Assembly: GCF_036365525.1 (NCBI RefSeq)
Contig: NC_090411.1
Location: 30,334,432-30,398,431, forward strand
Direction: 5' to 3'
Origin: Heterodontus francisci
Taxonomy: Eukaryota
DNA length: 64,000 nt
The translations under genes were made by a program, and so were the position numbers. The notes beneath the pieces are model-generated. The model saw only the letters and a program-made list of their open reading frames with translations, searched no databases and had not been told where the DNA came from. Shown piece after piece: positions 24,767 to 36,891 of this stretch (its first letter is position 1; every line of letters begins with the position of its first letter).

Positions 24767-25092
24767 GCAGTGGTTAGCACCGCAGCCTCACAGCTCTAGC
24801 GGGTACTGGGTACTGCCTGTGCGGAGTTTGCAAGTTCTCCCTGTGACTGCGTGGGTTTTCGCTGGGTGCTCCTGTTTCCTCCCACAGCCAAAGACTTGAA
24901 GGTTGATAGGTAAATTGGCCATTATAAATTGCCCCTAGTATAGGTAGGTGGTAGGGGAATTGAGGGAAGGTGGGGATGTGGTAGGAATATGGGATTAATG
25001 TAGGATTAGTATAAATGGGTGGTTGATGGTTGGCACAGACTCGGTGGGCCGAAGGGCCTGTTTCAGTGCTGTATCTATAAATAAATAAATAA
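24767..25092 (+). mobile_element. HE1/V-SINE nested in a Deu-type SINE
   Basis: V-domain plus CR1 tail with (taaa)n end. Confidence 0.82.
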
Positions 25093-25612
25093 ATCACTGT
25101 GGTAATGACCAGGTAAATTGTTTTAATAATGTTGGTAGAGGGATAAATATTGACCAGGACATCGGGGATGAATCCACTGCTCTTCTTCTAAGTAAAGTTA
25201 TGGGATCTTTTCAGTACACCCGAGAGGGCAGACAAGGCCTTGATTTAATATCTCAACCAGAAGATGGCACTCCCTCAGTACTGCACCGTGACGGCATGCA
25301 TTATGTGCTCAAGTCTCTGGAGTGGGACTTGAGCCCACAACTTTCTGACTCAGAGGCGAGTGTGCTACCCAGTGAAAGTTTTGTTAAAGCAGCAGATCTC
25401 TTTTTGAAATAGAATCTGTGGAACAGTTCTGGTGTAACGTCACAGATCTGAAACGTTAGCTTTGTTTCCCTCTCTCAACAGATGCTGCCTGACCTGCTGA
25501 ATATTTCCAGCACCTTCTGCTTTTATTTCAGATTTCCAGCATCTGCAGTATCGTGCTTTTGTAGATCTTTTTTTGATGCGTTTTCTGTCTCCGTAGCTGA
25601 GCTCATACTGAC

Positions 25613-25791
25613 CTACTGGCTTCCAGTTCTTCAATTCGACATCCATGAGCTGTGCCCAGCCAGCATGGTGATAGAAGTGTCGCACTACCAGCGGGATGTC
25701 GCAGTCTCGTGACTCACGGATTGGCTTCCCGTTGTCCAAGCTCTCCAGCACGCTCAACAGCCTCTGATGCTTCTGAACATTTCTGGCAACA
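25613..25791 (-). CDS. ALDH16A1: ALDH16A1 exon 4
   Basis: cacag|T GTT...GTA G|gtcagt. Encodes VARNVQKHQRLLSVLESLDNGKPIRESRDCDIPLVVRHFYHHAGWAQLMDVELKNWKPV. Confidence 0.92.
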
Positions 25792-27679
25792 CTGTGCAAA
25801 CAAAACACCAGACAGTGACCACTCTAATGCAGCATACCAAGCACATCTCCATCCTTCCCAAACATTAATTCCAAACAGCCCTAGGCAATATAGTCTCTGC
25901 AAGTCTGATATTTACAGAGCTGAGAGAGGAATTGGATCTTTACTATTTCTGTTTAATGGGAGGGTATATGAATGGTTCCAGGGAATCTTATTTTAAAAAA
26001 AGTGAAAATACTGCAGAACTCAGAGAAAATTGAAATGCTGCTATACCTGTTATGAACTGTGCATTTATCAGCTAGAATCTCAAATGGGAGAAGCCAATTA
26101 CTTCAGCACAATTATGGGCACTGCAGCCTCATTCTATAGATCAAGATCGCAAATGAATGGGTGTAACAAGTAAATGTCTCCCTAAAGAATTTGCCAACAG
26201 TGCTGTAGGCATTACATTTTTTACAATAGCAAAGAATAGTCCAACACAGGAGGCCATTCAGTGCATTCAGTCTGCGCTGGCTTTTCTAAATTGCAATCCA
26301 GTTAGTCATACTTCCCTGCTCTTTCCCCAAATTACTGCGATAGTTTTCTCATTTAAGTATATATGCAATTTCCTTTTGAAAGCTACTATTAAATCTGTTC
26401 CCACTACCTTCTTTTTAAAAATTCTTTCATGGGATTTGAGCATCAGAGGCAAGGCCAACATTTTTCTCCATCCCTATTTGCCCTTGACAAGGTGGTGGCA
26501 AGCCACATTCTTGAATCACAGCACTCCATCTGGGGAGCTCCAGGATTTTGACCCAGCGACAGTGAAGGAATGGCGATAGTGTGTGAGTTGGAGGGGAACT
26601 TGTAGGTGGTGGTATTCCCATGCATCTGCCGTCCTTGTCCTTCTGGTGGTAGAGGTTGTGAGCTCAGACGGTGCTGTCGGAGGAGGAGGAGGCTTGGCGC
26701 GTTGCTGCAGCGCATTGTGCAGATGGTACACACTGCAGCCACTGTGCACCGCTGGTGAAGGGAGTGAATGTTTAAGGTGGTGGATGGCGTGCATCAGGTG
26801 GGCTGCTTTGTCTTGGATCTTCTTGAGTGTTGTCCAAATGCGAAACATTCGTTGCGTAAAAAAAGTTTTTCCTCATGTCACCTCTGGTTCTTTTGCTAAT
26901 CACCTTAAATCTGTGTCCTCTGGTAATCAACCCTTCAGCCACTGGAAACAATTTCTCATTACTTAGTCTATCTAAACTGTTCATGATTTTAAACACAACT
27001 ATCAAATATGTTCTAAGGAGAACAACCCCAACTTCTCCAGTCTATCCACGTAACTGTATTCCCTCATTCCTGGAACCAATCTCTAATACACGCCCTACTT
27101 TTGCAGTGCTGGGGATTGTATCTGGAACTAAATACTGGAGTTGCGGCTGGAACTCTGATTGACCACAGCATGGCAGGTACAATATCTGCCAAATGTACCT
27201 GCAATGCTGTATAATCTTACTGTAACTGTTGATGGAACCTGTGATGCTGGTACCCAGCCATGGGGTCACAGTCAGTAATTTAGCACAATGAACAACTGGC
27301 TGCAGCAACCAAACTGGATGTTCCCCAAAAGCTCATTTGGCAAGGCTACAGTACATACCCTACAACATCTTCACCTGTCAGTTAGTATCTCTAGTTATTT
27401 GATTAAATTGATTCAGCCAATTGTACAATTGGGATTTTGTAAAATGGCTGAGCACTGAAATGTTTTAAATAATTCAACATCACTTCCCACCCACCCAATA
27501 AAAATAAATCACTGCAAAAAATGCACACTCATGAAAATAGTGCAGAAACACTAATTAAGCTGAGAAAGTGACAAAGACATTGCTCATGCAAAGCTGAAAG
27601 TTAGAAAAATCCCTTGCCCAGAAAGCAGAATCGATTCTCAGATTGCTAATTATCTTGCAGAAGGAACTGAATAAACGCT

Positions 27680-27935
27680 AAAACAAAAGTAAAATACTGC
27701 GGAAGCTGGAAATCTGAAATAAGAATAGAAAATGCTGGAAATACTCAGCAGGTCTAGCAGCATCCGCGGAGAGAGAAAGAGAGTTAACGTTTCAGATCGA
27801 TGACCTTTCATTAGAATTGTCACACTCATCAAGGTCACATTTCTGATGAAAGACCCAGACATGAAACGTTAACTCTGTTTCTCTCTCCACGGATACTGCC
27901 TGACCTGCTGAGTATTTCCAGCACTTTCTGTTTTT
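27680..27935. repeat. Head-to-head pair of Penelope pLTR remnants (imperfect long inverted repeat)
   Basis: aaatgctggaaatactcagcaggtc...gagagttaacgtttca versus tgaaacgttaactctg...gacctgctgagtatttccagca. Confidence 0.7.
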
Positions 27936-28216
27936 ATAACTGAATAAACACTTTGATAATAATTGGACTGAACGGAATTACAGTTTGTGTTGACCAGAAC
28001 ATCCAATGCTTCATTCCAAACTGCAGCAAAATTTAGTGCCAATTGTGTGCTGTGGCCACAAGCCCATTATGAGACTGCCCAAACTCATTTTAAACAGCAC
28101 CCTTGCTGCGAGCAAAAGGGAATTTGCTACTCATCAATCTGGACTGAATTCAAACCCACATTCTACACTGTGATTTAGTAACTTACTGTAACAAGGCACA
28201 GAGCATCATAAAGTAC

Positions 28217-28343
28217 CTGTACAGATGCCTCGCTCTCACATGGCATGGCAGCTTACTCCATGTCTCAAAAGCCCTCCTTGCAACTTTAACCGCTAGTTCA
28301 ACATCCATGTCCTCGCCCTCGATGGTGGTGGCCAGAGTTTCCC
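28217..28343 (-). CDS. ALDH16A1: ALDH16A1 exon 3
   Basis: cctag|GG GAA...TAC AG|gtact. Encodes (G)ETLATTIEGEDMDVELAVKVARRAFETWSKLPCHVRARHLY(S). Confidence 0.9.
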
Positions 28344-29717
28344 CTAGGGGAAATAAAATATTTTCAATAGAAGCTGAAGCCTCAGTTGATTAGGAACATA
28401 GTAACAGGAATAGGCTATTCAGCCCCTCGAGTCTGTTCCACCACTCAACGAGATCGTGGCTTATCTGTACTCTAACTCCATTCATCTGCCCTGGCACCCC
28501 ATCCCTTAATATACTTGTCTAGCAAAAATATTTCGAGCTCAGATTTAAAACGATTAATTGAGCTAGCATCTACTGCTTTTTGTGGGAGATCCACACCTAC
28601 CATCCTTCATGTGAAGAAGTGTTTCCTAACTTCTCTCCTGAGTGGTCTGGCTCTGATTTTAAGGTTATGTTCTCTTGTCCCAGACTCTCCCATGAGCAGA
28701 AAAGAAGTTTCTCTTTAGCTACCTCATCAATTCCGTTCAAAATCCTTACTTAATCACTGACAACAAGACACACAGAGCAAGAAAGAACTGGATTTGATGT
28801 CTGTTCCCATGTCTCAGCCCACGTTGCTGCTGAAACCCTTCACTCATGTATTTGTTGCCTCGCGATACAACTCCTCTAATGCATCCTGGCTGTTCTTTCA
28901 TCTTCCACCCTCTATAAATTTGACTTCATCCAAAACTCTATTCATATCCTAACTTGCACCATTCCCTTCATCAGCACCCAAGCTCGCAGACCTGCATTTA
29001 TATAGCACCTATTATAACCAAAAGACAGCAGCTGTGACAACACAGCACTCCCTCAGTACTGCACTGAGACGTCAGTCTTTATGAGCTCAAGTCCTGGAAT
29101 GGGGCTTGAACTCACAACCTTCTGACTCAGAAATGAGCCATTTTTTCCCTTTCCCAGAAAGTAGAACATAATGCTATGTTTCACACTGCCGACTGTCACA
29201 TTAACACGAACAACCATATGCTGCTCCGCACATGTACGGAAGCTGACACTACAACTCACAAACTAGCTGTACAGAACCAGACAAGAGTGTTGTGTTCCCT
29301 TTTACGCAGTAAGCAAGTAAGGGAGGCTGGCAGTGAGCTACCTCTCTTTTACCTACCGTGTCTTGTGTATTTATGCAAACTGACGCAAGGACACATTTGA
29401 GCAATACAACACCAGCTGGGAATGAATCGTTCTGTTTTACCCCATGCAGGTACAGGAGTCGAATCCCACAAGCTGTGCACAATACCAGAAGCCAGTAAGC
29501 TGTGTGAACGAAAACAGCTCTTGTTGTGAAGCAAAGAAATCCCATCAGCCTGCACTAAGCCTCAATGTACCAACACCTTATTGCAACCCTAAGGCAAGGC
29601 AGAACTGTACCTGGTTGACAAAAGGGAGGACAGCAAATGATACTGAACATTTTCATAACCTCCGATGACAGAAAAAATGGAGCTGCAAGCGAGAAGCTGG
29701 GTTAAGCTTTTACTTAC

Positions 29718-29820
29718 CAGTAGCAGGGTTTTTTGACGTGCTGACCCTCCGATTTTCTGGCTTCACCCACTTGCCTCCAATGAAATGACCGAAACTTCGC
29801 TTGTGATGATCCAGCCAAGC
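29718..29820 (-). CDS. ALDH16A1: ALDH16A1 exon 2
   Basis: gccag|GCT TGG...ACT G|gtaag. Encodes AWLDHHKRSFGHFIGGKWVKPENRRVSTSKNPAT. Confidence 0.9.
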
Positions 29821-31450
29821 CTGGCAGACAGAGAATGTATTTATTGAACAGATATTTTTCTTCCCTCCATTGAACTACCCTTCACATCTTTGGCCACCAA
29901 CCCTTGCTGGGGTACTGTTCTAGGGCCATCTAGGTACTTGCTGTACAGTGGCCATTTTGACAAAGCAAATCCAAGCACGCATGCACTTCCCAGCAAGAAT
30001 TGCTGCATTTAAAAAAAAATTATTTCATGGGATGTGAGCGTCGCTGGTTTGTTGCCCATCTCTAAATGCCCTTGAGTACATGGTGGTAAACCACCTTCTT
30101 GAGCCTCTATAGTCCATGTTGTGTAGGTACACCCATGATGCTATCTGGAAAGGAGTTCCAGGTTTTTGGCCCAGTGACAGTGAAGGTACAGCAACATAGT
30201 TCCAAGGCAAGATGGTGTGTGGCTTGGAGGGGAACTTGCAGGTGATGGTGTTCCCACATGTCTGCTGCCTTTGTCTTTCGAGTTAGTAGAGATCGTGGGT
30301 TTCGAAGGTGTTGTTGAAGGAGGCTTGGCAAGTTGCTACAACAGTAACGTAGTGGTAATGCTACTGGACTGGTAATCCAGAGGCCTGGACTCATGCTTCA
30401 GGGACATGAATTCAAATCTTGTTTAACACACAGGTACAATGTGAAAAAGGCATTTTGCAAGGCAAAGCTTTCCTTCTAAAACTGTGGCTTATGAGGATAA
30501 AGGTGTTCTCAGAATACTGCCCCAGTCGGTCAATGCAGTAAAAACTACGTATATTTTTATAGCTCATTTAACGTAATAAAACATCCAAGAAGCTTCACAG
30601 GAGAGGTTGAACTCCAGAGTTTAGGACACAGTCACCAATGGCAAAGCAACTAAATTCAGGGATACGCAAAAGCTCAGAATTAAAGGAACATGATAACTTG
30701 GATGATTGTAGGGCTGAAGCAGATTACAGATGCCAGCCGTGATTCAGTTGGTAGCACTCTCACCTCTAAGTGAGATGGGTTCAAGTCCCATTCGAAGACT
30801 TGAGCGCAAAAATCAAGGCAGACGCTACAGTGCTGAGGGAGCACTGCACTGACAGAGCTGCCATCTTATGGATATGTTAAACTGAGGCCCCATCTGCCCC
30901 TTCAAGTGGATGTAAAAGATATCATGCCATTATTTTGAGGAAGAGCAGGGGAATTCTCCCCAGAGCCCTGGCCAATATTTATCCCTCAACTAACATCATG
31001 AAACAGGTTATCTGCTCATTACACATTGCTGATTGTGGGAGCTTGTGCAAATTGGCTGCTGCATTTCTCCATTACAGCAGTAACTAAGCTTCAAAAAGTA
31101 CTTCATTGGCTGTAAAGGGCTTTAATATGTCCTGAGGTTGTGAAAGGTGCTCTATAAACTGAAAATCTTTCCATAGAATTGCAGTAAAACTTCTTCCCTC
31201 TTGCACTCCAGTTGATCAGGCTAGTGGAAGGGAAGCTGTGCAATCATACTGTAGAAAAATCTACTACCTGCAGGACAGGTGGAAAGGAACTGAAGATTTT
31301 TGGAGGGAGATTTGCAAACTTTTTTTCCCCTCAGTTATTTGAATTTGACAGGCCTCTCACGTGACTCAGTCCCAGGGCAAAGTACACTGGAACCTTTCTA
31401 AAAGGCAGAGCCGTGTAAACATTCGATTGTAAAAGACCTCTGTTTCTCAC

Positions 31451-31546
31451 CTGGGCGTTAATGGGGGTCTCGGGAGCTGGTCCATAGCTCATGGTGCTGA
31501 AAATGTCACTGACACTCAGCTTCACCGTCGCAGCACCAGCAGCCAT
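31451..31546 (-). CDS. ALDH16A1: ALDH16A1 exon 1 (start codon)
   Basis: ATG at 31546. Encodes MAAGAATVKLSVSDIFSTMSYGPAPETPINAQ|gtgaga; IFSTMSYGPAPE is the ALDH16 N-terminal signature. Confidence 0.88.
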
Positions 31547-31559
31547 CACCTTCCCGCAG

Positions 31560-31720
31560 CCAAGAGGACACCTGTCAATCACCCGGACCTCTTCCGCCGG
31601 AAGAAGGTCAACGGGACCGTCTGCCCGCAAGCACAGCCTTCCGCCGGAAGAAGGTCAACACGCCTGCGGAGTGATGTCCCGTCCTGTATCGTTTACATAT
31701 AACATCCCCATTCTCCGTAC
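31560..31720. promoter_or_regulatory. Putative bidirectional CpG-rich promoter for ALDH16A1/PIH1D1 with duplicated ETS (GABP-type) sites
   Basis: CpG-dense. The 22-bp direct repeat cttccgccggaagaaggtcaac occurs at 31591-31612 and 31638-31659. Confidence 0.65.
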
Positions 31721-31926
31721 GATTAATTTTTTTTGTATTGAATTGCTTTTGTTACATTTTCATATGTTGGCCGCAGGGAAAATGCAAGGAGCAGGGCAAC
31801 TGGTTTGTTTGACTTTATTTATTTCTTCCCCCCCCCCCCCCCAACCCGGCCCTTTTGTTTTGGGCCGGGATTTGTCGGGGAAGAGTTTGGGACATTGCGC
31901 ATAGCAACAGGACAGAGAAGCAGCAG

Positions 31927-32525
31927 GTGGGTGCTGCTGTGAGTGGGCGCTGGCTGCTCACTGGGTGCCGCTGTGAGTGGGCGCTGGCTGCTCACTGGGT
32001 GCCGCTGTGAGTGGGCGCTGGCTGCTCACTGGGTGCTGCTGTGAGTGGGTGCTGCTGTGAGTGGGCGCTGGCTGCTCACTGGGTGCCGCTGTGAGTGGGT
32101 GCTGCTCTGAGTGAGTGCTGCGTGTTCACTGGGTGCTGCTGAGTGGGTGCTGCCTGCTCACTGGGCGCTGCTCTGAGTGGGTGCTGCTCTGAGTGAGTGC
32201 TGCCTGTTCACTGGGCGCTGCTCTGAGTGGGTGCTGCCTGTTCACTGGGCGCTGCTCTGAGTGGGTGCTGCCTGTTCACTGGGCGCTGCTCTGAGTGGGT
32301 GCTGCTCTGAGTGAGTGCTGCCTGTTCACTGGGCGCTGCTCTGAGTGGGTGCTGCCTGTTCACTGGGCGCTGCTCTGAGTGGGTGCTGCCTGTTCACTGG
32401 GCGCTGCTCTGAGTGGGTGCTGCCTGTTCACTGGGTGCTGCTGAGTGGGTGCCCCTTGCTCACTGGGCGCTGCTCTGAGTGGGTGCTGCCTGCTCACTGG
32501 GCGCTGCTCTGAGTGGGTGCACCTC
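31927..32525 (+). repeat. GC-rich minisatellite (~34-bp unit with 15-bp sub-unit)
   Basis: Tandem gctgctctgagtgggtgctgcctgttcactgggc variants. Confidence 0.95.
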
Positions 32526-32968
32526 TGCGTAGACTAATAAACGATAAACTCTTGAAATTGTTTCTGAACCGTGCATTTTGTGGACTGCATGTTTATTCTG
32601 GTAGACAAGCTAAGTTGAGCCATTGATCTTCCTTATTATTATCTTGTGGTCTTAACTGGAGAGAAAGGAAAGAGGTTGAGCAATCTGCCATAAAAGAGCT
32701 CAAAAAATAATTTCCATTATTCCAGATGTAAATTATCCAAGCTGTTTAATTAGAATGTAGCAATATTCCTAAAACAGCAAACAAATCGACACTGGAATAA
32801 CTAATTATCTATTTACATGCACTTTAAAAGGCAACTAGTTTCTGTTAATCTTTGGGGGGATGGGAGAGGCTTCTCTCCAAGTAAGGATTGATAAACAGCT
32901 ACTAATCTGGAGACACATGCCTCTGCAATACTAATTCACCTCTGACTGACTTCATGTTGTGTTTCTTT

Positions 32969-33310
32969 GGCGGCGCAGTGGTTAGCACCGCAGCCTCACA
33001 GCTCAAGCGACCCGGGTTCAATTCTGGGTACTGCCTGTGCGGAGTTTGCAAGTTCTCCCTGTCTCTACGTGGGTTTCCTCCGGGTGCTCCGGTTTCCTCC
33101 CACAAGCCAAAAAAAGACTTGCAGGTTGGTAGGTAAATTGGCCATTATAAATTGCCCCTAGTATAGGTAGGTGGTAGGGAAATATAGGGACAGGTGGGGA
33201 TGTGGTAGAAATATGGGATTAGTGTAGGATTAGTATAAATGCATGGTTGATGGTCGGCACAGACTCAGTGGGCCGAAGGGCCTGTTTCAGTGCTGTATCT
33301 CTAAACTAAA
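32969..33310 (+). mobile_element. HE1/V-SINE
   Basis: Full-length copy: ggcggcgcagtggttagcacc...gtgctgtatctctaaactaaact. Confidence 0.88.
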
Positions 33311-34049
33311 CTCAACTTGTCTGCAGGCTGTACTTGAGCAAAGACCTTAAAGGAACAGATCAGAATAACAAAAACAATTTGTGTTGATATAGCACCATTA
33401 AAGTAATAAAACGTCTCAAGATGCTTCACAGGAGCTTTACGAAGCAAAATGTGCCACATAAGGAGATATTAGGGCAGGAGAACAAAAGCTCAAAGAAACA
33501 TCTTAAAGGTGACGAGGTTTACAGAGGGAATTCCAGAGCTTAAGACCCAGGCAGCTGAAGGCTCGGCCGCCAATGGTGGAGTGATTAAAGTCAAGAATGG
33601 TCAAATTATTAACAGGGTTGTGCAGCTGGAGGAGATTACAGAGAAGTAAGAGAGGTGAAACTGTGCAGGGATTTGTAATCAAGGATGAGAATTTTTAATT
33701 AAAATTTTAATGTTTAAAATGTTTTTAAAATTCAACTTTATCAGCTAAACATCACTGCAGATAATAGACTATCCATTAGCAACACCAGTCAGGAGGTCAG
33801 CTGTTATGGTTGCACTCCACACCGTCTTCTCCCCCCACCCCAAGGCATTGTTTTTGTTTCCTATTGTACAAAAACATAACTTCAAAAAGAAAGGTAATAT
33901 GTAGTGAAAGGTGAACTACATCTTTATCAGATTGTCCTGTTTTTGTGTTTATACAAAAAAACATTGATAGTCCTGTTGACCTTGATGCTCACTCCTTTGG
34001 CGATTATTGAGAGGCACGCCCAGGCTTTTCACACCTAACAAGTTGGACC

Positions 34050-34127
34050 ATGGCAACAACAGACGGAAGCCTGTTTTCAGCCGAGATAAACAAGGAGGAT
34101 GCGCTGTATGAGCAACTGCTGCTGCAG
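34050..34127 (+). CDS. PIH1D1: PIH1D1 coding exon 1
   Basis: Kozak accATGG. Encodes MATTDGSLFSAEINKEDALYEQLLLQ|gtaggc. Confidence 0.85.
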
Positions 34128-34261
34128 GTAGGCATGCTAACCCACCTTCTGCCCTCACTTAATTTAAGAGCACTCAAGGTTTGAATATGTGGGCAACTGT
34201 AGCTGTTAATTATTATGGTGATGAAAATGCAACTTCACACTGGTTTCCTCTCCGTCTTCAG

Positions 34262-34328
34262 GCTGCAAGGGAGATGCAAAGCCAACTTCCAACAACACAG
34301 GAATCCAAGCAAATCAGACCACAACCAG
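34262..34328 (+). CDS. PIH1D1: PIH1D1 coding exon 2
   Basis: ttcag|AAREMQSQLPTTQESKQIRPQP(G)|gtac. Confidence 0.88.
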
Positions 34329-36279
34329 GTACAGAATCCCATCCCCCACTTTTTCCCCCTGCGTAGCATTCCACAAGCGGCAAGTTGCCCTCCCCTTCAT
34401 ATTCTACTTTTTAGTACAGTAACCTCCTTTTCAGAAATTATAACTAATTCCAAGTTATGGATTAGCCTTTGAGAAGTGCGTGTAAAAAATAAACAAGTGA
34501 AGCAATGCATCATCAAAATGTAACAAAGTCTTAACATGTCTTAATGATAAAAACGAAATAGATTCCGGAGAATCTTTACACAGTGGCGCCTTTTAGCTTG
34601 CAAGTTACATTGGGCTCTTGGTGGGCGGGAGTTAAAAGGAGTGTAGTTATTTTATACTCTGTCCTCACCTTTGCCCTCCACTCTGTTACCCACGAGTAAT
34701 GGCCATTGTTTTCTGTGTTTTGGCTCCTTTGTGCCACTGCTATATTAGTGGACGGTTTACAGGACCCTGGTGTCAGTGCGGGTTCCTGCAGCCTTTTATT
34801 GTCCGATAATGATTATTTGTATTTATAGCACGTCTTTAAGGCAAAGAATATTCCAATAAGCTTTGTCCCCAGGCATATGTAAAACAGTCCACTCTTCAGG
34901 AATATTCCTGGGCTCTGCTCAGCATCTCCTCCCCCGGATGGTCTAACAAACAGTGGGGAAAGTCACCATGTAGGAAATTGTGTTGGTGCCTTGCCATTCT
35001 CTGTGATGCTGTGTACCCATGCGTTATGTGTTGCCTTTGCCTCATCCAGGTTTCTCTCGTTCTTTCCTAAAAACACTTGTCCATGCTGAATTACAGTTCC
35101 GCTGGTTAAAAGAAAGAAAAACCTTCATTTATATAGCAAATTTCAAGACCTCGGGATGTCGCAAAGCATGTTACAGCCAATGAAGTTCTTTTTGAAGTGT
35201 AGTCGCTTCTGTAATGTATGAATTGCAGCAGCTAATTTGCACGTATCAAGCTTCCACAAACAGCAATGTGATAATGACCAGATAGTATGTTTTTTTTAGT
35301 AATGTTTGTTGAGGGATAAATAAGGGACAATACACTAGGGAGAACTCCCTTGCTGTTTTTCAGTTTAGTACTTTGGGATCTTTTACATCCACCCAAGAGG
35401 GCAGATGGAACCTCGGTTTAAAACCTCATCCAAAAGACAGCCACTCTGACAGTGCAGCACTCCCTCGGTACTGCACTGTGAGTGTCAGCCTAGATTTTGT
35501 GCTCAAGTCCTTGGAGTGGGACTTAAACTCATGACCATCCTACTCAAGGAGTGAGAGTGCTACTCACTGAGCCATGGCTGACTGAGGTTATCCACTGGTA
35601 ACTTGTCCAAGGGGATATTCACCGCACATATGGGAAATGCCATAAGCATCAGCAAATAATTTTACCATGGGAATTAGAGCCAGACTGGATTCTGAACTCG
35701 TCTAACACCTGCACACGTGCACTTACCAATGTAAATCATTGCGTAGCTGATGGGAGGGGGCACCCTTGGTTTATTTCCTCTCCTTCCCCCACCTTTTTCT
35801 AAGCCAAGGGTGCTGAGGCCAGTTGTGTATCCCTACTGCTGCTACAACATCAACTTGCATTTATATAGCGCCCTTATAGTAGTAAAACATCCCAAGGTTC
35901 ACAGGATACATTACAGGAAAGCAGAGATGAGGCCACAATCAGATCAACCATGATCTTATCAAATGGCAGAGCAGACTTGAGGGGCCGAATGGCCTACTCC
36001 TCCTCATTCATATGTTCGTATTATCAGACAAAATTTGACAACGAGTCACTTTAGACAGGTGGCCAAAAGCTGGGTCAAAGACGTAGGTTTAAAGGAGGAG
36101 TGAGAGAGAGAGAGGCTTAATGGGGGAATTCCACAGCTCGAGGCCAAGGCGACTGAAGGCACAGCCGCCAATGGTAGAGTGAAGGGAATTGAGGAAAAAG
36201 TACTTTTCTGTTTTCAAAGACTTCCTGTACTGTACTGATAACTCTAAATCAATTTAGAAAAATATCACCCTTTTCACAG

Positions 36280-36465
36280 GCTTCTGTGTGAAGACAAAGT
36301 CGAGGAGCAGCGAGAAAGTTTTCATCAATGTTTGCAAATCCGATCAGATCCCACCTCCGCCAGATCTCTCTGAGGACGGCTTGGTGACCCTGCTGGAATC
36401 AGATGATCCTTCCGGATACAGAATTCCCATGAGCCTTGGTGAACCGCATGCCGAAATTGACAACA
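36280..36465 (+). CDS. PIH1D1: PIH1D1 coding exon 3
   Basis: cacag|FCVKTKSRSSEKVFINVCKSDQIPPPPDLSEDGLVTLLESDDPSGYRIPMSLGEPHAEIDN|gtatgt. Confidence 0.93.
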
Positions 36466-36829
36466 GTATGTGTTTGTATAATCGGGACGGAGGAGGTTAA
36501 TCAAATTCTGCCCTCTCTGCTGGCTGGCGATTGGGTGGGGGGAGGGGTCAGTGTCAGTGCGGCAGTGAACTGTACGAATTGGGATGGTCCCAGATTGTGC
36601 TAAGTTAGCTGTAAATGTTAAGTGAGGATAGGATTGAACTTGGGATGTGAAGCCCCTCTTCCTCGCAGTGGAAAGCCCTGGTTTGATCTCACGTGATAAG
36701 CCTTCTTGGGCAAGGTGCCAGAGGGTGACCATCGCTGTGAAACAATGTGCCACCTTGACAACGGGAAAGGAAATAATTGGAGGGGAAAAATGTTGCATTG
36801 TGGATGATCAAAATTCTTTTCTTTTTCAG

Positions 36830-36891
36830 GTGGGAACGGATGCACTGCATATGACATAGTCATCAATTCAAAATTTTACAACAAAATTCAG
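36830..36891 (+). CDS. PIH1D1: PIH1D1 coding exon 4
   Basis: ttcag|(S)GNGCTAYDIVINSKFYNKIQ|gtaagg. Confidence 0.92.

Larger units (their letters stand above)
5696..31546 (-). other. ALDH16A1: ALDH16A1 gene span, 5' part (exons 1-6); downstream exons lie left of the window
   Basis: Six in-phase GT-AG exons of 96/103/127/179/78/185 nt encode an ALDH N-terminal NAD-binding domain. The gene is head-to-head with PIH1D1, as at human 19q13.33. Confidence 0.88.

Noticed and set aside
31927-32525. CRISPR-like array
   Set aside because: Contiguous degenerate tandem units with no unique spacers and no cas genes, in a vertebrate context; it is a minisatellite.
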